Assembly (NCBI RefSeq): GCF_009914755.1
Contig: NC_060927.1
DNA from: the human T2T-CHM13v2.0 reference genome, Homo sapiens
Reading direction: 5' to 3' (one strand)
DNA length: 64,000 nt
Made by a program: the position numbers and the translations under genes. Under the pieces are notes generated by a model. It made no database searches, had not been told where the DNA came from, and worked only from the letters and a program-made list of their open reading frames with translations. Shown piece by piece: positions 1 through 12,960 of the stretch (its first letter is position 1; each line of letters starts with the position of its first letter).

Positions 1-423
1 TCTTCCTCTGCTGATGAGTGATTTCTGTTTGATGCAAACTTTAGCTTGCACAGGGCTTTGGTTTGCCAAGGCTGCAACATGGGCACAAGATTTAGACATC
101 CTTCAAGCTCCTGCTCCATTATGAAAGGTCAGTGGTGGATCTTGAAGGCAAGACTGTGAATATAATAGCTAACAACTGATAAAACTAGTAGACATTGACG
201 CAGAACACTATTGAATGCTTACTGTGGCTCTTCGGTTCTTCTTTTAGTTTCCATAATTTTTCATTATAGCCAAAAATCATTGATAACTGACCAAATACGG
301 GATAACATGTTACTCTTTTGACTCAAAGCCTCCCACAGTTAAGTGAACAGGAAACTATAGAAAATTTTAACATTTTCTATGTTGTATCACTTACAATACA
401 TCCAGTCCAAACCCAGTGAGAGG

Positions 424-881
424 TGTTAACCTAAATAACAACAAAGACAATAGCTCTCCAAAAAGAAAAGGATTTATTCAGGAATGAATTGCAGATAGCA
501 ATCCAGGAATATGAGTGCTATGGCATCCCATGCGGGAACCATAGCCATACCCAGAAAGCATAGGAACATAACAGTTTTGAAAGGCAAAGTGAGGAAGATT
601 ACATAAAGTTGTTCTGAAATAATTATCCTTGGTTATAAGAACCAATAACAGGGTAACATCCGTCCAGGCTTGACTGGCATTTGGTGGTCAGACCTCCTCA
701 CAGAAATATTATTTGTTTAAGAATCGCGCTGGCCTTTGTGCAAGATAGTGGTGCTCAGAGTCTTTGTACTAGTTTTTATAATAGGCATGTGTGTGTGAGG
801 GCCCTTTTTATATGACCTCCCAACTGTTTTTCTTTGGAGTGTGACACGAGTGACTCCATTTTGACTCTGACAGCTTTCACA
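424..881 (-). mobile_element. ERV1-class solo LTR (MER67-like, name tentative)
   Basis: TG...CA ends; 4-bp TSD GAGG at 420-423 and 882-885; minus-strand start TGTGAAAGCTGTCAGAGTCAAAATGGAGTCAC resembles recalled ERV1 LTR starts. Confidence 0.7.
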
Positions 882-926
882 GAGGTATAAAAGAGCATCT
901 GTTTAAAATGTGCTAAAGATAATAGT

Positions 927-2006
927 CAGTTGTTAATGGGTGAAAGCAACGGAGAGGATGCCATTCAATAAAAAAAAAAGGTGGAAAAAGAGGTATGTAG
1001 TTGTTCATGGAAAGCTGACAAACACAGGAACTGTCAAAATGCATCCTCCACTTGACACACCTCTTGTTTCAGGCAGTGCCTGTTTTGTGGTCAGTGGGGA
1101 GTATGTAGGATATGTATCAGAGAATGAAAAAAATTAAGAAGTTTATGGAGTGGGTGCAAGACACATACAGCCCTGATGCGTATCTCTGGGCCCTATCTAA
1201 AGGGTCCCTGAAGTCTTCAGCTCACTTTCCTTAAGCCATAAGTACAACTTGTCGGACATGCACGCGGTTGCCAGGCGGGTCAAGTGGCAGTAACTTGAGG
1301 GTGATGTTTCCGAGGGTGCTCCCTACCCACACTGCAGCGGGGTCCTCGTGTGCTCGCGGTGCATTTTTGCAGCTGGCGACTTGAACTGGGTTGTGCACAA
1401 GCACCATTGGTTTGCCAATAAGTTTAACCTGGATGTGGAACATAGATGTGGACCTCTTCGCCATCCAGTGTTTGGGTGAGCACCGGAGGCATAAAGCTTT
1501 ATAGACCTTAAAACACTGACCATTATAGGCAATCTTAGGGTGCATTTTGTGCATCCTTCTTATTATTTCTATTTAGTTCCTCTTGCCAATAAGCATCAGA
1601 AAAATTGTATGGAGTCCTCTTTGGGGTAGGGATGCTAAGTCTTCATGCAGAAAAGCTGCATGGTTTCTGCAGAGCACAATTGGCTAGAAAGGCTGTAACA
1701 TTAAATGTTTATCTAGAATTAACATGAGTAGGAGTAAAAGTGGCTGTGGCATCAGGGCGGGCAGCAAAGCATTCTGGAGCGAGGGGGCTAGGGTGACTGG
1801 GGAAGAGGCTGATGAAAAAAATAAATCAATTAAAAGAGTTCAGGGACTTAACAAAATGAGATTTGACCTGTGCCAAAACTATTTTGAGAATTTTAAATAT
1901 GACATTTTTCCTGGTATGAATAAATTTATAGCAACAAACAATAATAAAGATACAATTGATCTTGTATGTTATGTATGTTGACAGAGAAATTTGATTTTGC
2001 TCTAAA
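927..2006 (+). pseudogene. GCNT1P3: 5'-truncated processed pseudogene of GCNT1 (core-2 beta-1,6-GlcNAc transferase), probably GCNT1P3
   Basis: Translates to ERMP..RWKKRYVVVHGKLTNTGTVKM, MEWVQDTYSPD, SHKYNLSDMHAVAR, FANKF, VDLFAIQCL and LKH* (TGA 1517-1519), the GCNT1 C-terminus with stops and frameshifts; 3'UTR-like sequence runs to a short A-run; 12-bp TSD AAAGATAATAGT at 915-926 and 2007-2018. Confidence 0.92.
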
Positions 2007-2329
2007 AAAGATAATAGTGATCAACATAGATGGAGAACAATGCCAAAAAAAATCAAGATAAGTTTGAAAATATGACTTGCTTTGTGAAACACAGAGAACA
2101 TGGTAAGAGGCTGAATTTCCTAGAATTAGGTATGGCTTTATATAGTCATATGAATACTCTTCCTGCTGTCAGGGTAAACCCTTATTAATAACATAAATAT
2201 ATTTGTCTACCTGTCAAACTATGCTGACAGAAGGATTGTTGAATCCGTGTTCCCTTTATCTTTCTTAGTGACATACAGATAGGGAAAACTGGAGGGAAAA
2301 GACTTAAGGACGTTGCAATGGGAGGGTAG

Positions 2330-2705
2330 ATAGAGTATGGCCACGCAGTCAGGTAAGCCTAAGTTCAAATTAGGGTGACGATATAATTTATCATCTAAAC
2401 CAGGACACTTTCTGTGAGTAAACATAGCCACTACCTATTAATATAGGTAACCAGGAAAGCAGGCATAAAACAGAACTGTTCTGGGCAAACTGGGATGGAA
2501 GGTCAGTCTAGGTCAAATCCTGGCCCTTCACTTATTACTGATTTAACTTAGGAATATCATTTAGCATCCTTAAGCTTCACCTTTTACATTTGGGAAACAT
2601 AGATTTTAAAAAATACCTTATGGTGCTTTTGTAAGATTAAATAAGACCATTAATAAATATAAATATTTAGCATAATAACTTGTACAAAATTCTTAGTAAG
2701 TATGT
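2330..2705 (+). mobile_element. MIR SINE interrupted by a hAT MITE
   Basis: MIR core motifs (gttcaaatcctggc, acttatt, gtaagattaaataaga, ttagcata) on both sides of the insertion. Confidence 0.55.
2371..2510. mobile_element. hAT-Blackjack MITE (MER94/MER81-like)
   Basis: Terminal inverted repeats TAGGGTGAC...GGTCAGTCTA; 8-bp TSD GTTCAAAT/GGTCAAAT. Confidence 0.7.
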
Positions 2706-2878
2706 TGCTACTGCTGCTGTTACTACTGTTTTCTGCCTAGGGATCTCCCTAACCTCATGTTCCATCTCAGAGGGATAGCATAGAGTTTTCTATTTTTAAG
2801 TTATCTTAAAATTTATTGAATGCACCCTGATAGGTGGAGCATTTCAAGGTGGGCCTCCTCAGCCAGATCTCTCTGTGA

Positions 2879-3320
<442 letters not shown>

Positions 3321-3604
3321 TTGTCAGAGACTTTTTAAACAAATATCATCATTTTAGAATTTATTTAGATTACATTAAAAATGGTCACTCTGGTAATTTT
3401 ATACAAAGTTGATGGCCTTCTTTATTTGGTTTTGCTTGTTTGTTTTGGAATGAAGTATGGTACATTACCTTATGGGAGTCGACTAGAGAATTACTCATAA
3501 GCAGGGTTTCAGGTACACATAACTCGTAGCTTCTGATTAGCCAGAGAGTAGAACCAATATAGCCATGTGAAGGATAAACACTAATGGGCTAACTTTGTCT
3601 TTGT

Positions 3605-3636
<32 letters not shown>

Positions 3637-3667
3637 GTTTTTTTTGTTTTTTTGGTTTTTTTTTCAG

Positions 3668-3794
3668 GAGAGGAGCTACTCATTCCCTGTACGGTCTATT
3701 TTAGTTTTCTGATGGATTCTCGCAATGAGGTTTGGTGGACCATTGATGGAAAAAAACCTGATGACATCACTATTGATGTCACCATTAACGAAAG
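3668..3794 (+). CDS. IL1RAP: IL1RAP exon 8 (Ig domain 3, first part), 127 nt
   Basis: ttttcag|GA GAG GAG, encoding (G)EELLIPCTVYFSFLMDSRNEVWWTIDGKKPDDITIDVTINE(S), donor AG|gtatca. Confidence 0.97.
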
Positions 3795-5694
3795 GTATCA
3801 TGGGGGCCAGCAAGGGAGTGATTAACCTTTGTTTCTCAACTTAATGATCTCTGATGTGTGTTCTAGTCAATGAAAATAAAAATTCTCATTTTTCCCTATC
3901 ACTAACAAAAATCGGCAAGATTTTCAAATCTTTGGTGATTGCATCCCAAACCAGGGTTACTGGGCTAGCAATGCAAGGAATAGATGCTGCCTGATGACCA
4001 GTGGAGAGCTGAATTAGAATGTTCTGAGGCTGAGCATCTTCATCAGATTGTCCAGAGGACATGCACCCTATTGTCTTAAGCCCAGCAAGATTCACACATT
4101 TATGATACCCACATGGAAGTAGAGAGAATACATATCTTACATGAATAAAAAGGTCACAATCAAGGGTTGTGGGTACGTGGAAACCTACAGTGTAGTTGTG
4201 TTTTTTCCTTTTCTCAATCCTAGTGTCTGGCCCTATGTATTTGTGCCTTAGGTAATTGTGTTTTGTTTTTTTTTGCATTGCAGTGAGCATGCATTTTCTC
4301 TCTCCTCCTCTTTCTTATCTCATATAACCTATAGTTACATTTATAATTAGTAATTTTTAATATTAACTAAATACGTTTGTGTAATTTAAATTTTATTTTA
4401 AAGGTAGATGGGTAGTAATATAACTCACTTTTAAAATAAAATAACATTTTATTCCTAAATAAACCTGATTTTTTAAAGCGTTGGCAAAGTGGAAAGTGTG
4501 CGTCCTTGAAGACAGAAGGTTCCACTGCAAATGAAGCATACCATTACCGAACAGCAGTTGGCTCACTGCACCAATTAAAAATTTGCAGCTGGTCAGCTAT
4601 ATGACAAAGTAATGTGGCTGGAGGCTCACAGGGAGAATTATTGATCTTTTTTAGGAATTTTTAACACTTTGTAGCCCATCCTTATAATAATAATGAATAA
4701 ATAACAAGGAAAGTCATGTTGTTCCACCTTGCTGCTGTTGAAACGTACTCAGTGTTCATAGGATAGCAGTGGCATTAAGCTTAAGCGAAACCAATCAGAG
4801 CCCTTAACCAAATTCTCATACCTGACAGTAAGCCTAGTTAAAAAGAGAACCTAGATGGCAGTCAGCTGTAGCAGAGAGATTTTTCTCTGCGATAAGTAAA
4901 GGAGTTCAAAGGAATTTTAAATTCTGATCTTGGACCCAAAACACTTGATCTCTGATTCACTGAGAGTTGGATATATTTATTTTTACAAAGTTTACGTGTT
5001 CATAACAGCTTTCTCTTTTTATACGTTAGGATTTAACCATGAGATTTCAGATTTCTGACCACAGTATTCTAGCTGTGTTCGGAATCCATGCTTTGGGAAT
5101 CACTGAAATGCATCAGCTATTCCTATGGGATAACAGTAATACCTACATGAATATTTATTAAGCATTATTCTAATATTCATGCCTTAGCATATTCAGTCCT
5201 CAGAATTCCTGAAAAAATTAATACATGTAATGCACTGTGTGGGCATTATGACTTCCCCCTTTTCCAAAAGAGGAACCTAAGACCTGGAAAGATTAGTTAT
5301 CTCACCCAAAGTATATAGCCAGGAATTGACAAATCCTGGATAAAAACCCAAAAGGACCTGGCCCCAGAAGCTTCTCTCTAAACTGATACAGCATCCTGGC
5401 TCAGAAGTTTAAGCAAAAGAGACATTTTGTTTTGAAGAGAGATCTATAAAAAGAAGCCAGTATTGGGATTTGGTCTAGACAATGGGATAGTGTGTAGCGT
5501 AGATGGTATAGTATAGTGTTAGAATCTTACCATTAATACTTTGTAATCACTGCATTATAGGTGGCTCAGCTTATCAACCTTCCTCGCCCTCACCTGTAGT
5601 GGGGGTCTGTGGTTGCTTACTTGTCTGATTCCTACACAGTCCATAGCTCTTGAGTCACTCTCAAATGCTTTGATTTTCTTCTCTCTATTTCTAG

Positions 5695-5843
5695 TATAAG
5701 TCATAGTAGAACAGAAGATGAAACAAGAACTCAGATTTTGAGCATCAAGAAAGTTACCTCTGAGGATCTCAAGCGCAGCTATGTCTGTCATGCTAGAAGT
5801 GCCAAAGGCGAAGTTGCCAAAGCAGCCAAGGTGAAGCAGAAAG
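5695..5843 (+). CDS. IL1RAP: IL1RAP exon 9 (Ig domain 3, second part), 149 nt
   Basis: ttctag|T ATA AGT, encoding ISHSRTEDETRTQILSIKKVTSEDLKRSYVCHARSAKGEVAKAAKVKQK, donor G|gtaata. Confidence 0.97.
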
Positions 5844-5863
5844 GTAATAGATGCGGTCAGTGA
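5844..5863 (+). CDS. IL1RAP: Intron-9 read-through C-terminus (GNRCGQ*) of soluble IL-1RAcP
   Basis: GGT AAT AGA TGC GGT CAG TGA in frame past the donor; matches the known soluble isoform tail. Confidence 0.93.
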
Positions 5864-6582
5864 TGAATCTCTCAGCTCCAAATTAACATTGTGGTGAATA
5901 AGGACAAAAGGAGAGATTGAGAACAAGAGAGCTCCAGCACCTAGCCTGACGGCATCTAACCCATAGTAATGAATCAAACTTAAATGAAAAATATGAAAGT
6001 TTTCATCTATGTAAGATACTCAAAATATTGTTTCTGATATTGTTAGTACCGTAATGCCCAAATGTAGCTAAAAAAATCGACGTGAGTACAGTGAGACACA
6101 ATTTTGTGTCTGTACAATTATGAAAAATTAAAAACAAAGAAAATATTCAAAGCTACCAAAGATAGAAAAAACTGGTAGAGCCACATATTGTTGGTGAATT
6201 ATTAAGACCCTTTTAAAAATCATTCATGGTAGAGTTTAAGAGTCATAAAAAAGATTGCATCATCTGACCTAAGACTTTCGGAATTTTTCCTGAACAAATA
6301 ACAGAAAGGGAATTATATACCTTTTAATATTATTAGAAGCATTATCTGTAGTTGTAAAACATTATTAATAGCAGCCATCCAATTGTATGCAACTAATTAA
6401 GGTATTGAATGTTTATTTTCCAAAAATGCATAATTATAATATTATTTTAAACACTATGTATCAATATTTAAGCAGGTTTATAATATACCAGCAGCCACAA
6501 TTGCTAAAATGAAAATCATTTAAATTATGATTTTAAATGGTATACACATGATTTCTATGTTGATAGTACTATATTATTCTAC

Positions 6583-6588
6583 AATAAA
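6583..6588 (+). promoter_or_regulatory. Likely poly(A) signal of soluble IL-1RAcP mRNA
   Basis: AATAAA after an AU-rich stretch of about 720 nt, with GU/U-rich sequence downstream; an ATTAAA also occurs at 6127. Confidence 0.65.
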
Positions 6589-7099
6589 TGGAAATTATAA
6601 AGCCTTCTTGTCAGAAGTGCTGCTCCTAAATCAGACTGTGTCTAAAACTTTCTTTGTGTCTCTCACCTAACACAGAATCCCAGAAAATCCCTTCAAGGAT
6701 GTTTTCAATGGTCTTGAGAAAAGTAATGATGAGTTATCACACATGAAATCAGGTCATTCAGAATCCTCCTGGCTCCTAGTCTATAGAGTGTGTAATATTT
6801 CTTCAAAAGTGAATAACATAGCACATAATTGTTACATTTTACAGAAACTTAATGCTTTTTTAAAGCTGATGAAAAACAGGATTCACCTCAAACTTTCATT
6901 ACAACTTTAAAACTAAATAGCAAAGGCCTGAAATGTATATGCTGCGTATGAAGTACTAGTGAATCAGTTCAGGGTAATTCATTGCTTCTGCTCCTCAGAA
7001 GCCAGTGTGAAAAGGAAAGACTGAAGTACATGATGTAAGGCAGTTTCCCAAATTGAGTTCTCAGGAACACTACTAAGAATCAGTATTGTCCTGCAATGC

Positions 7100-7310
7100 A
7101 TTATTGTACTCTAGAATCAGAGCACCTGTGTTGAAATTCTGGTTTCTGCACATCCTAACTCTGTGAAAAGTAAATCTCTCTGAGCCTTAATTTCCTTATA
7201 TTTAAAGTAGACACAATAATACCACTACCTTATAAGGTTGTTTTAAAGTGCTCAGCACAGTTATTGGCATATATACCTATATATGAAATGCTCAATAAAT
7301 ATGAACTCAT
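7100..7310 (+). mobile_element. MIR SINE
   Basis: ctctctgagccttaatttccttata, taataccactacc and gtgctcagcacag core motifs. Confidence 0.65.
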
Positions 7311-8111
7311 TATTTCCTTAAGATTTTCATAGGTGTTATTTGACAAAGGCTTTTATCGTCAAATAAGTATCATTTATGTCTGGATTTTAAAAAATCAATC
7401 AAGTTACTTTAGTTAGGACCCATTCAAGTATTTAATATGTGAACATTTGATGGGAATATCTGCGGGAAGTTGGATTATAGTGGCAGGATGTTTTCATATG
7501 TATTTGACTCCAGATTTCTTAAGTATGGAGCTTTTTGTGGGGATCATCTTCTGAGGGATGTATCCTGGGGAATAATTATGGAAGGTGACATAAATTAATA
7601 ACTTATTGTCAAATGAATAGGATCAAAACAATCAAAGCAAGGTGTAATGTAGGAGTGAAGCACAAGTTTGCCTCCCAGAGCGACCAGAGTAGCTCCCCTT
7701 TTACAGAAGCCCCTGCTCTAAATGGTGTAATAAGGACAGTGTCAGGAATGTGAAGTGACAGGTGGATCCTCTAGACTAGATGATCTGTGCTGAAAGCTGA
7801 TATAAAATCACTGTTTGGTCACACCTGTGTATTTCCGGTGGTACCAGAGGAGTTGTGGTTTTCTTCACTTGGCTTCTATTCTGGGCCAGCTAATGCTGAA
7901 ATTCAGAGGTTATATCTGAGTTCACATTCATACATTACATGTATGGGACTACTCTAAATTTATTAGCAAAGCATTATATGAACTTCCTCAAAAGGACATC
8001 AAGAAAAGACTAAGGCCTGGAATGAGAGAAAGACACTGGTGTAGGTCTTATTGACAGCAAAATTTCATTATAGTCAGTTAAAGCTAAGTATTAAAGAGGA
8101 GGCAGTTGTTT

Positions 8112-8449
<338 letters not shown>

Positions 8450-9696
8450 TAATAACAGCATGAAAAGGACTAAGGCAAGGTATCTGTTTAACTTTGTGAG
8501 AAACTGCCAAACCTGTTTCCAAAGAGATTGTACCATTTTACCTGTCCTCTAGCAATGTTCACAAATTCCAGGCGCTCTATTTCCTCACCAATTTTTGGAG
8601 CTGTCAAACTTTCAAATTTTAGCCATACTGATGGATGCATAGTTTTATTACATTGTGCTTTAAATTTGCATTTATTGGATACTAATGATGTTGGACAATT
8701 TTTCATAGCCTTATTTGTCATTAGCTAATATATCTTTTTGTGAAGTATCTGTTAAAATGTTTAGCTCATTTTTGTTACTGGTCATTTGTTTTTAAATTTA
8801 ATGTATGTTAGGATATAGACACAGACGCATATATATCTCAAATAAAAGTCCTGTGTCAGATATATGAATTGTTAATATTATCACCCAGTTTGTGAATTCA
8901 TTTTCTTTTAAACAGAATCTTTAAAACTTTGATGGCATTTATTGTATCAATTTATTCTATGCTTAGTGGTTTCTAAATTCAGTATTAGCAATCTTTGCCT
9001 AAAGTTAGGAAGGTATTCAGGTTAGAAAGGTATCCTTCTGTGTTTTCTTCTGGAAGACTGGTAGATTTTTCTTTTAGAGTTAGGCCTATGATCCATTTTT
9101 TTAATACTCTGAGGTACTGGGTTAATGTTTAGTGTTTTGTTTTTCCACATAGATAACCAGTTGTTCTCATATCATATTGAAAAATCTTTCCTTTGTTTGT
9201 TGAATTGTTCAGAAAAGAGCCCAAAAAATTAATTCTATGAATATAGATCTATTTCTGCATTCCCTGCTCTGTTCATCTGTTTATCTATCTTTAGTCCAAT
9301 GCCACTTTATCCTGGTTAACATAGTTTTAAAATTTAAAGTAAGTCATGAAATCACATACTATATGTCTTCCCCCTTTTTTCTTTTTGAAGATTGATTCAA
9401 CTATTTTAGGAACCATATATTTTTTTTCATATAGATCATAGTATCAGTTTGTCCATTTCTACATAAAGGCCTGATGATATTTTGATTGTATTTAATTTAT
9501 AAATCAGTCTGGGGAAAATTGAAATCTTAACAATACTGTATTTTCCAGTCCATGGATATAATATATCTCTCCATTTATTTAGATCTTAACTTTTTTCAGC
9601 ATTTTTTCTTTTAGATTTGAGTGTACAGGCCTTGCATATATATTGTTAAATGTATGCCTAAATATTTTGTTTTTGATGCTATTGTAATAGTACTTT

Positions 9697-10012
<316 letters not shown>

Positions 10013-10582
10013 TAAATTTTCATTTTCCAGTTGTTCATTGAAAATGCAATTAATTGATTTGTATATATTGATCTTGACCTTTTGAACTTTAGGGTGGGGT
10101 TTGTTTGTTTAGTTTGTTAGGATTTTCCATATGCTTGATTGTGTCACCCATCATCAAACAGATTTTTACTTCTTCCTTTCTAAATTTCATAACTTTAATA
10201 ACTTTTTACTGTCCGTTTCACTCTTTTGGACCTCCAGTACAATGTTCTGTAGAAGTTTTGAGAGCAGCCATCTTTGCATTGTTTCCAAATTTAGAGGGCA
10301 AGCCTTCAGGTTTTTATATACAGGATTTTTTTGTAGATGACCTTTATTTTCATGAGCAATTTTTTCATTTTCAGTTTGCCGAGAATTTTTTTGTGTGAGT
10401 ATGTTGAGTTTTGTTGAATACTTAACTGGATCTATTGAGAGAATTATATGTTTTTATTTTTAATCTGTCAGTGTGATGATTTATACTTACTGATTTTGAA
10501 ATGTTCATCCAATTTTGCATGTCCAGAATAAACCCTCATATTGTCATGATTTATTGTCCTTTTTATATATTACTGGATTTGA

Positions 10583-10828
<246 letters not shown>

Positions 10829-10964
10829 AATTTTGTTCATATCTTTGTTCATGAAGGATATTGGTTTGTTTGGTTTGTAGTATTCTTTTCTTGTAATGCT
10901 GTGACTAATGTGAGGGTTATGCTGGTCTCATTACATGAGCTGGGTAATGTTCCCTCTTTTGTGA

Positions 10965-11353
<389 letters not shown>

Positions 11354-12858
11354 GTTGTTTTCTTTTTGGCAAAGCTTTTAATTATGAATTCAGTGTCCTT
11401 TTTAGTTATTGAGATTTTCTGTTTCTTCTTGTGGCAGTTTTGGCTTTCAAGGCATTTTTTTCCATTTCATCTAAGTTGTCACATTATTGGCATACTTTTC
11501 TTTAGATTATTTCCTATTATCCTTTTAATGTCTGCAGGATTTTTAGTGATGTTCCACTGTCACTCCTGATATTAGTAATTGGTGTTTTGCCTTTTTTTGT
11601 CCTTCATCAGTCAAGATAAGGGTTTCTCAATTTTGCTAATTTTTTCAATGAACATATTTTTATTGATTTTTCTCTGTTGTTTATATATTTATTTACTTTA
11701 TTCATATACTTATTTTCCTCTTTTTGCATACTTTGCACTTCATTTTCTTTTTGTCAGTCATCCTAAAATGTAAGCTGTATCACTGATTTTTAAGTAATTC
11801 TTCTTTTCCAATATAAGTATTCTGAGCTATGTGTTTTCCTCATAGGATTAGTTTAACTAAATCCAACAAATGTTGAAATGTCGAGTTTTTGTTATTATTA
11901 AGTTCAAAATACTTTCTAATTTCTGTTTTCATTTCTTTTTGACCTAAGGGTTATTTCAGTGTGTGTTTTTTAATTTAAACATGCTTGGAATTTTCCAGAT
12001 CGTTTTACTACATTATATATGAAAATTCATTTGAATTTTAGAGTTGGCTTTATGTTCACTCTTGATAGTTATTTGTAACATTTCATATTGTCATTTAAGT
12101 TTAGCTAATGTAAAAAATTAGAAAAAAAGTCTGGGAGCAGGTATCTCCAACTTAGAACTACCTGAGAGAACTACATTACGGAGTGGAGAAACATAGGTTT
12201 TTGTTCTAGATAGACCTGGGTTCAAGTTCCGGACTCAGTGCTGGCTGTGTATATGAACTAGTACAAGCCTTCCTTTTCTTATCCTTCAGGTTCAATTTCC
12301 AGGGTATCTGTGAAAACCGAGGGAATGGGGAATGAGAGCTTTGCCACAGTGCTGCACACTTGATTCTAATTTCTAATCTTTTATTTAATTCTGATGTGTC
12401 CAAAGAACATACTTTGCATGATTTTATTCTTTTTAAGCTTATTGGTACTTAAAAAAAAAGTATTTGCAGACTGCCTATCTTGGTAAATGTTTGATATGCA
12501 TTTGAAAAAGACATATATTTTGTAGTTTCGAGTGGTGTCCAGTAAATGTCAACTAAGAAAATTGGTGTCAGTGTTGTTCATGTCTTCAATATCCTTCTGA
12601 TTTTTCCAATATACTTTGTTATTCAGTTATTAAAAGAGAGAATGGTGTTGAAATCTTTACATATAATATGGATTTTTCCAATTCTCTCTTCAGTTCTGCC
12701 AGTATTTGTCTCATGTATTTTGGAACTGTGATATTTAATACATGCTTATTTAGGATTGACAAGTCTTTTTCATGAATTGACTCTTAAATTGTGAAATGTC
12801 CGTTTTTTCTCTGTTAATACTCTGTGTCTAATATGAATGTAGCCATTCCAGCTTTCTT

Positions 12859-12960
12859 TTTTTTTACTTTTTTAATTAATTAATTTTTTTTTGGTAGAGG
12901 GACGGAGTCTTGCTCTGTCGCCCAGGCTGGAGTGCAGTGGTGCGATCTCAGCTCACTGCA
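12859..12960 (-). mobile_element. Short 5'-truncated Alu
   Basis: Alu 3' end plus tail, flanked by TSD AGCTTTCTT. Confidence 0.85.

Noticed and set aside
1231-1554. 107-aa minus-strand ORF
   Set aside because: Antisense shadow of the GCNT1 pseudogene; no independent gene signals
3886-5977. 134-aa and 140-aa minus-strand ORFs
   Set aside because: No recognisable domain; the second is antisense to exon 9; chance ORFs
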